The notes below the pieces were generated by a model, which worked only from the letters and a program-made list of their open reading frames with translations, was not told the DNA's origin and did no database searches. DNA of 64,000 bases. It comes from an uncultured Actinomycetes bacterium (GTDB lineage Bacteria > Actinomycetota > Acidimicrobiia > Acidimicrobiales > Microtrichaceae). Of this stretch, positions 17,483 to 25,100 are shown in pieces; position 1 is the first letter of the stretch; the number at the start of each line of letters is the position of its first letter. Location: NCBI GenBank assembly GCA_903852755.1, contig CAINRS010000057.1, positions 505-64,504 of the forward strand. Reading direction: 5' to 3'. The translations under genes were made by a program, and so were the position numbers.

Positions 17483-18643
17483 ATGACGAGACGGGTTGCA
17501 ATCGTCGGGGTGGCGCTCTCCGACACCGGCCGGGTCGACGACCTGACCCCCTTCCACCTGCACAGCCAGGCCGTCCGGCGTGCGGTGGAGGACTCGGGCC
17601 TGAGCAAGGACGACGTCGACGGCTTCGCCTCCAACGGCACCGGGACGCTGCCCCCCATCGAGGTCGCCGAGTACCTGGGGCTCCGGCCCCGCTGGATCGA
17701 CTCGACCGGCGTGGGGGGTGGCACCTGGGAGGTCATGGCCGCGCACGCAGTCGACGCAATCGCGCAGGGTCACGCCGATGTGATCGTCCTGTCCTACGGC
17801 TCCACCACGCGGGCCGACCTGAAGAAGGGACGCCGAACGGCCAACCTGAGCTTCGGCGCCCGGGGTCCGCTGCAGTACGAGGTGCCCTACGGCCACACGC
17901 TCATCGCCAAGTACGGCATGTCGACGCTGCGCCACATGCACGAGTACGGCACCACCATCGAGCAGCTCGCCGAGATCGCCGTGTCCTCCCGGTACAACGC
18001 CGGGTTCAACCCCGACGCCTACTACCGCGACCCCATCACGGTCGACGAGGTGCAGTCGGGCCGGATGATCGCCGATCCGTTCACCAAGCTCCACTGCTGC
18101 ATCCGCTCCGACGGAGGGTGCGCCGTGGTGCTCGCCGCCGAGGACCGGATCCCCGACACGCGTCACCGGCCGGTGTGGGTGCTCGGGACGGGACAGTTCG
18201 GTAGCCACACGTCCATGTCGCAGTGGCCGGACTTCACCGCCGGACCGGCGTCGATCAGTGGACCGATGGCGTTCGAGCGGGCTGGTCTGACCCCGGCCGA
18301 CATGGACCTGGCGTGCGTCTACGACGCGTTCACGTTCATGTGCATGGTCACCATCGAGGACCTCGGGTTCTGCGCCAAGGGTGAGGGCGGGGCATTCCTC
18401 GCCGACGGCCGCATGAGGCTGGGCGGTGACCTGCCCGTCAACCCGGACGGTGGTGGACTCTCCGCCTGCCACCCCGGCATGCGAGGACTGTTCCTGATCG
18501 TCGAGGCGACCCGACAGCTGCGGCACCAGTACGCCGAGGAGGGCACGCCCGAACGTCAGGTGCCGGACGCCGAGCTGGCCGTTGCCTCGGGGACGGGTGG
18601 CTGGTTCTGCTCCAACGGCACCCTGGTGCTGGGTCGGGGCTGA
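17483..18643 (+). CDS. thiolase-fold lipid-transfer-protein (Ltp/SCP-x type) enzyme; the nucleophilic Cys position appears replaced
   Basis: MTRRVAIVGVALSD..., later GGGLSACHPGMRGL. The position where thiolases carry xCASG reads STGVGGGTWEV. ATG 17483 lies 8 nt downstream of the TACTGT -10 box that abuts operator 17452-17469. Confidence 0.85.
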   Translation: MTRRVAIVGVALSDTGRVDDLTPFHLHSQAVRRAVEDSGLSKDDVDGFASNGTGTLPPIEVAEYLGLRPRWIDSTGVGGGTWEVMAAHAVDAIAQGHADVIVLSYGSTTRADLKKGRRTANLSFGARGPLQYEVPYGHTLIAKYGMSTLRHMHEYGTTIEQLAEIAVSSRYNAGFNPDAYYRDPITVDEVQSGRMIADPFTKLHCCIRSDGGCAVVLAAEDRIPDTRHRPVWVLGTGQFGSHTSMSQWPDFTAGPASISGPMAFERAGLTPADMDLACVYDAFTFMCMVTIEDLGFCAKGEGGAFLADGRMRLGGDLPVNPDGGGLSACHPGMRGLFLIVEATRQLRHQYAEEGTPERQVPDAELAVASGTGGWFCSNGTLVLGRG

Positions 18644-18658
18644 CCCGCCCGGGCCGGA

Positions 18659-18703
18659 TCAGGTGAGCCGGCAGTCAGGTGGGTCAGGATTCAGGTGAGC
18701 CGG
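18659..18703. repeat. cluster of four TCAGG(T) motifs, including a 13-bp duplication of the DUF35 gene 3' end
   Basis: TCAGGTGAGCCGG occurs at 18659-18671 and at 18691-18703; the second copy includes the DUF35 stop codon. TCAGGTGG (18675) and TCAGGA (18684) lie between them. The region sits in the 47-nt gap between convergent genes. Confidence 0.8.
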
Positions 18704-19134
18704 AAGACCGGCATGCACTGCTCGCCGTCGAACGGCTGGAACGCGACCGTCACCGGTGCACCGATCTCCACGTCCTCACCGGTGCAGTCGACCAGCCGGG
18801 TCATCATCCGCGGACCCTCGTCGAGTTCGACCACCGCGGCGACGTACGGCACCTCGGGACCGAACGGCGGCAGATCGTTCACGTAGACCGTCGAGTACGA
18901 GTAGACGGTTCCGCCACCGGAGGCCTCAACCCACTCGACCTCCTCGCTCCAGCACTTCGGACAGAACGGCCGGGGGTAGTGGTGGTTCGCCCCGCAGGCG
19001 GTGCAGCACTTGATCAGCAGGCGCCCCTGGTTGGCCGCATCCCAGTAGGGCTGGGACTCATCCTCGATGACGGGCTGGTCGAACCGGGCGCCGGAGAGGT
19101 CCTGCCGGAGCGGAGGCGGGTCGGAAACTGACAC
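18691..19134 (-). CDS. DUF35 OB-fold / zinc-ribbon protein
   Basis: Zn-ribbon CCTACGANHHYPRPFCPKC, followed by an OB fold (GTVYSYSTVY...YVAAVVELDEGPRMMTRLV). GTG start 19134 lies inside operator 19127-19144, 8 nt downstream of TAACCT. Confidence 0.8.
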   Translation of the reverse strand: MSVSDPPPLRQDLSGARFDQPVIEDESQPYWDAANQGRLLIKCCTACGANHHYPRPFCPKCWSEEVEWVEASGGGTVYSYSTVYVNDLPPFGPEVPYVAAVVELDEGPRMMTRLVDCTGEDVEIGAPVTVAFQPFDGEQCMPVFRLT

Positions 19135-19144
19135 GCTCGTCAGG
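19127..19144. promoter_or_regulatory. dyad operator copy 4 (ACTGACACGCTCGTCAGG) between divergent DUF35 and ACAD genes
   Basis: Contains the DUF35 GTG start (19134). The plus-strand TAGCAT (19146-19151) precedes ACAD GTG 19160. Confidence 0.75.
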
Positions 19145-19159
19145 TTAGCATCGGGTTCC

Positions 19160-20326
19160 GTGGACACCCTCGTCGACGCCACCGCCACTGCCACTGCGGC
19201 GTACCGGAGCGAGCTGCGTGCGTGGCTCGCCGACAACCTGACCGACCGGTACCGGGGCCTGCTGTTCCGGAGCGAGCCGGACGAGGACTGGCTCACCAGG
19301 ATGCGGGAGTGGAACCTCCTGCTCGCGGACGCCGGATACGCCGCACCGTCGTGGCCCCTCGAGCACGGCGGACGTGCCATCGGAGTGCTCGAGCAGGCCG
19401 CCCACGCCGAGGAGATGGCTGCGGCCGAGGCGCCGGGACCCATCAACGCACTCGGCATCCCGAACATCGCACCGGCGATCATGAGCTACGGAACGCCCGA
19501 GCAGCAGGAGCGGTTCCTGGGCCCCCTGCTGCGTGGCGAGGAGATCTGGTGCCAGGGCTTCTCCGAGCCCGACTCCGGCAGCGACCTGGCATCACTGCAG
19601 TGCCGGGCCGAGCGGGACGGCGACGACTACGTCGTGACGGGACAGAAGGTCTGGACGACGCTCGGTCAGGTGGCGGACTTCTGCGAGCTCCTCGTGCGGA
19701 CCGACCCCGGAGCGAGCCGGGCGAGCGACGGGATCACCTGCCTGCTGGTCGACGTGCGGTCGCCGGGGATCGAGATCCGTCCCCTGCGGACGATCACCGG
19801 GTCGGCGGAGTTCAACGAGATGTTCTTCGACGAGGTTCGCGTCCCGGTGTCGTCCCGGCTCGGCGACGAACACGCCGGGTGGGCGGTTGCCATGTCGACG
19901 CTGTCGAACGAACGGGGTGGTGTGGCGACGCTCCACCTGCGCCTCCGGGCCCGGATCCGCAGCCTCATCGACACTGCACGCGAACTCGGGCTCACCGAGG
20001 ACCCCGTGGTGCGCGACCGTCTGGCGGACCTGTGGTCCGAAGGGGAGCGGCTGCGCTTCCTCGCCGACCGGTCGCTCGCCCGGGCGGCGGCCGGACTGCC
20101 TCCCGGCCCCGAGAGCAGCGTCATCAAGATCGCCTGGTCGCAGCTCGGGGCGCGACTCCCCGTCGTGGCGGTCGACGTGCTCGGCCTGGCAGGCCTCGAG
20201 GGACCGTGGGGGCTCGACCTGCTGCACGGCCGGTCACTCCCGATCGCCGGCGGGACGACCGAGGTGAACCGCAACATCGTCGGGGAGCGGGTGCTGGGAC
20301 TCCCCCGCGAGCCCCGGATCAGCTGA
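19160..20326 (+). CDS. acyl-CoA dehydrogenase
   Basis: Start at GTG 19160, 9 nt after the TAGCAT -10-like box. Motifs CQGFSEPDSGSDLASL, GQKVWTTLG and GGTTEVNRNIVGERVLGLPRE. Confidence 0.9.
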   Translation: MDTLVDATATATAAYRSELRAWLADNLTDRYRGLLFRSEPDEDWLTRMREWNLLLADAGYAAPSWPLEHGGRAIGVLEQAAHAEEMAAAEAPGPINALGIPNIAPAIMSYGTPEQQERFLGPLLRGEEIWCQGFSEPDSGSDLASLQCRAERDGDDYVVTGQKVWTTLGQVADFCELLVRTDPGASRASDGITCLLVDVRSPGIEIRPLRTITGSAEFNEMFFDEVRVPVSSRLGDEHAGWAVAMSTLSNERGGVATLHLRLRARIRSLIDTARELGLTEDPVVRDRLADLWSEGERLRFLADRSLARAAAGLPPGPESSVIKIAWSQLGARLPVVAVDVLGLAGLEGPWGLDLLHGRSLPIAGGTTEVNRNIVGERVLGLPREPRIS

Positions 20327-21827
20327 CGATCCGGTTCACGTCCCCCTCGGCGGCCAGCGTGACGGTCCGCCCGACCCACTCCTCGGCTTCGAGCGCCGCG
20401 CACACGGCGACGTCGTCGGTGCGGCCGTAGCTCCGGCTGCCGTCGGGCAGGTCCACCACCACGAGCCCCCACGCCGGGGCACCGTCGCGGCCGTGGACCA
20501 CCGAGTACGCGGCGACCACGGCGTCACCGGTGTGGTGGTCGGTGATCGAACGGGCCGGGTGCCCTGCGTCGAGCCCGGCCTGCACCCCGGTCTCGTCCGG
20601 ACGGACGACGGGACCGGGCAGCGTCGAGTAGACGGCGTGGACGTGCTTGGTCGTGTGCATGCCGACCCCGGAGACCAGACCGTACGATCCAGGGTCGGAG
20701 CGCAGGCGTTCGACCATGGCGGACACGGAGTGCGTCAGGTAGTTCGACGCCGGCCCGCCGGAGTAGGGCAGGCCACCGGTCACGGTGAGCGCACGGGAGT
20801 CCTCCCCACCGATGCGCAGCGCGTCCCGGGCGAAGTCGACCGACGACGCGAAGCACGAGTACAGGTCCAGGTGGGCGACGTCGTCGGCGTCGATGCCGGC
20901 GCAACGCAGCGCCTCGGCCGATGCCGCTGCGAGCGCCGGCGAGCGGGCCAGATCGTCGTGCTCGGCGACGTAGACCGGATCGGTGGCGTAGCACCAGCCG
21001 CGCAGCACGACCCGCTGCTCCTCGGGCACCCCGAGTCGGTCGGCGGCAGCCCAGCTGGTGAGGATCACCGCTGCGGCCATGTCGACGTCCATGACCGCCA
21101 CCATCCGCTTGGTGTACGGGTAGCCGACCATCCGGTTGTCCGCGGTCGGGGTGACGAGCTCGTCTGCGGACCGTCGCTCCGGGTACCAGGCGTACGGGTT
21201 GGCGGCGGCGACGTCGGTCATCGGTGCGAGGAGCCGGCCGAGCGCCTGCCGGTGCGCGTCGGGGGCCTCGCCCCGAGCCGCGCGCCGGGCGACGTCCCGC
21301 ACGGCGAAGGTCAACCAGGCCTGGAAGACCTCGTGGGCGATCTCAGCGGGGTGGAACGGCGCCTCGAACGGGAACCCCGGCGGATCCGGGTGACGGTGCG
21401 ACCAGGCCGGCCGCTCCCCCGCCCGCTTGAGGCGGCGCTTGGTGTCGAGTGCCTCGGCGCCGACCACCACCTGCACCTCGGCCTGCCCGTCGAGGATGCG
21501 GGCCGCTGCTGCATCGAGCAGCTGCTGGGGGACGGTGCCACCGATGCCGGAGTAGCCGGTGCGGGCCGGGGAGATGCCGAGCGCCTCGGACAGGCGTCCG
21601 GCCGGGTCGTCGTACGGCCACGACATGCAGTACACGACGTCCAGGCCGTCGATTGCGCCGAGCAGGCCACCGGTCGCTCCGGAGTCGTCGGCCGCGGCCC
21701 GCACGACCTCGACCTGCATGGCGAGGGGCTCGGGTGCCTCCTCGTCACCGGAGAGGTGCCAGGTGCGCTGGGCGACCCCGACGATGCACGGGGTCCGGGG
21801 GTCGACCGTGTCCACGCCGGTGCTCAC
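20319..21827 (-). CDS. thiolase-like protein of about 500 aa (acetyl-CoA acetyltransferase-like, no obvious nucleophilic Cys motif)
   Basis: Start at GTG 21827 forms a GTGA overlap with the upstream hydratase stop. Sequence: PCIVGVAQRTWH...DVVYCMSWPYD...LDLYSCFASSV...GGLPYSGGPASNY. Confidence 0.75.
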   Translation of the reverse strand: MSTGVDTVDPRTPCIVGVAQRTWHLSGDEEAPEPLAMQVEVVRAAADDSGATGGLLGAIDGLDVVYCMSWPYDDPAGRLSEALGISPARTGYSGIGGTVPQQLLDAAAARILDGQAEVQVVVGAEALDTKRRLKRAGERPAWSHRHPDPPGFPFEAPFHPAEIAHEVFQAWLTFAVRDVARRAARGEAPDAHRQALGRLLAPMTDVAAANPYAWYPERRSADELVTPTADNRMVGYPYTKRMVAVMDVDMAAAVILTSWAAADRLGVPEEQRVVLRGWCYATDPVYVAEHDDLARSPALAAASAEALRCAGIDADDVAHLDLYSCFASSVDFARDALRIGGEDSRALTVTGGLPYSGGPASNYLTHSVSAMVERLRSDPGSYGLVSGVGMHTTKHVHAVYSTLPGPVVRPDETGVQAGLDAGHPARSITDHHTGDAVVAAYSVVHGRDGAPAWGLVVVDLPDGSRSYGRTDDVAVCAALEAEEWVGRTVTLAAEGDVNRIVS

Positions 21828-22654
21828 GACGCGGTCCACCGGGGGGCTCGCTTCTCCTTGAACGCCGCCGGACCCTCCTTGGCGTCGTTGGTGGCGAAGA
21901 TCTGCTGCGACAGCTCCTGTTCGATCCCGTAGGCCTCGGCCAGGGTGACGTTGAGGCCTCTGATGACCGACTCCTTGGTGGCCTGCACCGCCAGCGGGGC
22001 GTTGGACAGGATCCGGCGGGCCCACTCCCCGGCACGCTGCAGCAGCTCGTCAGGTTCGACGATCTCGTTGAGGAGTCCGAGCTCGAGGGCCCGCGACGCC
22101 GGAAAGGCCTCGGCGGTCAGCAGGAACTCCATGGCCGCCGGGAAGCTCAGCTGACGCGGCAACCGGGCGGTCGTGCCGCCACCGGCGAAGAGGCCACGCT
22201 TGGGCTCCATCACCCCGAAGGTGGCGTTCGGTGTGGCGATCCGGATGTCGACACCGCCCAGCATCTCCATCCCGCCAGCGACGCACGGACCGTCGATCGC
22301 GGCGATCACCGGCTTGTAGAGCTTCACGTCCCGCAGCACCGCGCGGGTGCCGTCCTCGAGCCTGCAGCCGTCGATCTCGGTGACCTCGCCCTTGCCGATC
22401 TCCTTGGCCAGCTCGGTGATCTGGGGGATGTAGGTCTTCAGGTCGGCACCCGACATGAAGTTGCCGGGCACACCGGTGACGATCCCGAGCCACAGGTCGT
22501 CGTCGAAACGCAGTTCCTTCCAGGCGCCGGCGAGGTCCCGGAAGTGGTACAGGTCCAGGGAGTTGCGGGCCTCGGGCCGGTCGATGGTGATGAGGAGCGC
22601 GTGCTCGACGACCTGGCCGCCGATGGTCGGGTTGCGCTCGACGTGGATGGCCAC
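21824..22654 (-). CDS. enoyl-CoA hydratase/isomerase
   Basis: Start at GTG 22654, preceded by GGAGGA. Sequence: LLITIDRPEARNSL...GNFMSGADL...IDGPCVAGGMEMLGGVDIRIA...FGVMEPKRGL. Confidence 0.88.
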   Translation of the reverse strand: MAIHVERNPTIGGQVVEHALLITIDRPEARNSLDLYHFRDLAGAWKELRFDDDLWLGIVTGVPGNFMSGADLKTYIPQITELAKEIGKGEVTEIDGCRLEDGTRAVLRDVKLYKPVIAAIDGPCVAGGMEMLGGVDIRIATPNATFGVMEPKRGLFAGGGTTARLPRQLSFPAAMEFLLTAEAFPASRALELGLLNEIVEPDELLQRAGEWARRILSNAPLAVQATKESVIRGLNVTLAEAYGIEQELSQQIFATNDAKEGPAAFKEKRAPRWTAS

Positions 22655-22691
22655 AGGTCCTCCCGGGGTGCGGGCGCCGGCCCACGATTGG

Positions 22692-22709
22692 ACTGACGCT
22701 CGTGTCAGG
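22692..22709. promoter_or_regulatory. dyad operator copy 5 (ACTGACGCTCGTGTCAGG) between divergent hydratase and sulfotransferase genes
   Basis: Arms are ACTGAC / GTCAGG, in the 47-nt gap between 22654 and 22702. Confidence 0.7.
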
Positions 22710-23970
22710 TTTCTGGCAGGATCGTATCGTGTCGTGGACACCACCACCCCGGGCGGCCTGGGTCGACAAGCTCGCCGTGACCGGGCGCAGCCTGGGCGAC
22801 GACGGACGCTCCGTCGTCTCGCTCGAACCGGCCGACCTGCTCGCCGCCGCCGAGGCAACCACCGGCCTGGAGGACTGGGGCGACGACTGGTTCCGCACCC
22901 CCCTGCAGGTCCTGACCGACGCCATCGAGTCCGAGGCCCGGCTCCACCTGGCGGGGCGACTGCGAGCCCGGACCGAGCTGCAGCGGATCCTCGCGGGTCG
23001 ACTGCAGCTCGTCGACCTGTGGGAGCGTCACCCCGAGGTGCTCGACACCGCCGTGGACTCCCCGATCTTCGTCACCGGGCTCGGACGCTCCGGCACGACG
23101 CTCCTGCACGAGCTGCTGGCACTCGACCCCGCAGCCCGGGCCCCGGCGCTGTGGGAGTTCACCCACCCGGTGCCACCGCCCGAGGCGACGAGTGCGGCGC
23201 AGGACCCGCGGATCGCCGTGGCCGACGACGAGATCACGCTGATGGACGAGATGGTTCCGGCGTTCACCGGGATGCACGAGAACCGGGGGTTCCTCCCGAC
23301 CGAGTGCATCTTCGCGTTCGCCTACCAGTGCTCCACCGACATGTACACCGGCCTCTACGACGTCCCGAGCTACACGATGCACCGGGCCGGGGGCGACCGC
23401 GCACCGGAGTACGCCTGGCACCGTCGACTGCTCGCCACCCTGGGCAGCCGCCACCCCGGACAGTGGGTCCTCAAGGCGCCCTCGCACCTCTCGGCGTTGC
23501 CGACGCTGTTCGCGGAGTACCCCGACGCCCGGGTGGTCGTGACCCACCGCGACCCGCTCCGGGTCGTCGGATCGCTGACCGACATGATGGCGACGCTGCG
23601 GTGGATGCACTCCGACCACGTCGACCACGCAGCGATCGCCGAACTGCTCGGCATGGGTCTGGTGTTCCAGATGGACCACGTGAGCGAGGCCCGGGACTCC
23701 GGGGCGGTCCCCGAGGAGCAGGTGTGGGACGTGCGCTACTCCGACCTGGTCGCCGATCCGGTCGCCACGGTCGAGGCGCTCTACGGCGACTGGGATCGCG
23801 AGGTGACCCCGGAGTTCCGCGGCCGACTCGAGGCGTACGTCGAACAGCGCCACCGCGGGCATGCGAGTGGTCACGACTACTCCTTCGACGACACCGGACT
23901 CGACCGCGAGGCACTCCGGGAACAGCTCCGCAACTACCAGGAGCGCTACGCGGTGGCCTCCGAGGTGTGA
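22702..23970 (+). CDS. sulfotransferase family protein (start uncertain; GTG 22729 is an alternative)
   Basis: PAPS-binding 5'-PSB-like motif FVTGLGRSGTTLLHELLA. The later segment VVVTHRDPLRVVGS is 3'-PB-like. Operator 22692-22709 overlaps the annotated start. Confidence 0.75.
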   Translation: MSGFWQDRIVSWTPPPRAAWVDKLAVTGRSLGDDGRSVVSLEPADLLAAAEATTGLEDWGDDWFRTPLQVLTDAIESEARLHLAGRLRARTELQRILAGRLQLVDLWERHPEVLDTAVDSPIFVTGLGRSGTTLLHELLALDPAARAPALWEFTHPVPPPEATSAAQDPRIAVADDEITLMDEMVPAFTGMHENRGFLPTECIFAFAYQCSTDMYTGLYDVPSYTMHRAGGDRAPEYAWHRRLLATLGSRHPGQWVLKAPSHLSALPTLFAEYPDARVVVTHRDPLRVVGSLTDMMATLRWMHSDHVDHAAIAELLGMGLVFQMDHVSEARDSGAVPEEQVWDVRYSDLVADPVATVEALYGDWDREVTPEFRGRLEAYVEQRHRGHASGHDYSFDDTGLDREALREQLRNYQERYAVASEV

Positions 23971-23980
23971 CGGTGGCGAC

Positions 23981-25099
23981 TCAGTACCGGACCACCCGGG
24001 CCTGCGGCAACGGGGCGTCGGTCGCCAGTGCCCAGCGCAGGATCATGTAGCCCTCTCTGCGGCCACCGGTGTCGATCCAGTTGGGGTGGTCCACCCGATC
24101 CGGTGACAGCAGCAGCGTCCAGGTGCCGTCCGGTTCGGTCACGGCGGTGCGGTCGTTCAGATGGGTGCGGCGGTGACGGGAGTCGTAGGACTCCATCCAG
24201 GGGTTGGTGGTGGTCAGGCCCCAGTACGTGCAGGGCTGCTCCGGGGGACGGACCCTGATCTCGAGGGCCTCACCCGGGTCCAGCCGGAACAAGCCGCCGT
24301 GGTAGGTCATGTCGGCGTCCGAGTGCGACCGGAGCTCGGACTCCTGCGACTCGACGTGCGACGAGCCACTCGCTCCCGAGAAGGCGTTCACCGAGGCCGA
24401 GGCCCCTCGCCAGATCTCGTCACAGGCCAGGCCCACGAACGCCAGGAACAGCGCGGCGAACTCGAGCGACGGGGCCAGGTCGTCCGCCGTGCACACCGGC
24501 GGTGGGACGTCGCCGACCAGTTCGACGCGCAGGTCCGAGGGTCGCTGCACCGTCCGGTCGTGGAAGGTCTCGCGCACCGCCAGCTGTCCGCAGTCCGGGT
24601 GCAACGGGACCCAGTGCTCCGCGCCCTCGGGTCGCTCCGGTGCGATCCACACGTCGATCTGCTCACCCGGACCGATGCCGAAGGCGTCGAGGTGGACCTG
24701 GTGGACGGTCCCGGTGCGACCGGCGATGGCGCCCTTGCCCACCGGTGTGCCGAAGGTCAGACCGACGTAGGCGGCGTCACCGCGGGTGCCCCGCAGCCGG
24801 TAGGTGCGGTCGGCCTGCAGGGCGCAGAACCAGTAGGTGACGTCGGGGTTGTCGACCATCAGCTTGCGGTGTGCCGACTGGCTGACGAACAGCTCGGGGT
24901 GCAACGGGTCGTTGCGCTCGACGAACCACTCCTGGGCGAGCGACGCCAGACGGGTCACCCAGCGGTACCCCTCGGCGAGGTCCTCGGGGGTGTGCGGGAC
25001 CGGTGCGCCGAGCATCCAGTCACGTGCGGTGCGCTGGGCCTCGAGCCAGGACTCGAACGCCGCGGCGAGCCGTTCGGCGTCGCCTGCGGCACCGGACAC
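23981..25099 (-). CDS. DUF1214-like conserved hypothetical protein (paralog of 1-1087)
   Basis: Start placed at GTG 25099, 1 nt after the ALDH stop. Sequence: EGYRWVTRLASL...LMVDNPDVTYWFCALQADRTYRLRG...DRVDHPNWIDTGGRREGYMILRW. The motif order matches the 1-1087 protein. Confidence 0.75.
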   Translation of the reverse strand: MSGAAGDAERLAAAFESWLEAQRTARDWMLGAPVPHTPEDLAEGYRWVTRLASLAQEWFVERNDPLHPELFVSQSAHRKLMVDNPDVTYWFCALQADRTYRLRGTRGDAAYVGLTFGTPVGKGAIAGRTGTVHQVHLDAFGIGPGEQIDVWIAPERPEGAEHWVPLHPDCGQLAVRETFHDRTVQRPSDLRVELVGDVPPPVCTADDLAPSLEFAALFLAFVGLACDEIWRGASASVNAFSGASGSSHVESQESELRSHSDADMTYHGGLFRLDPGEALEIRVRPPEQPCTYWGLTTTNPWMESYDSRHRRTHLNDRTAVTEPDGTWTLLLSPDRVDHPNWIDTGGRREGYMILRWALATDAPLPQARVVRY

Positions 25100-25100
25100 G

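Noticed and set aside
20319-22858. N-terminal extensions of tracked ORFs 20319..22025 and 21824..22858; likewise 1084..2283, 32378..33400, 39434..41230, 42180..43919, 44361..46811, 50526..52100 and 52225..53592
   Set aside because: The extensions are Arg/Pro-rich and overlap the preceding gene. They are replaced by internal GTG or ATG starts that form GTGA/ATGA couplings or follow clear RBS motifs, and the conserved family N-termini begin at those internal starts.
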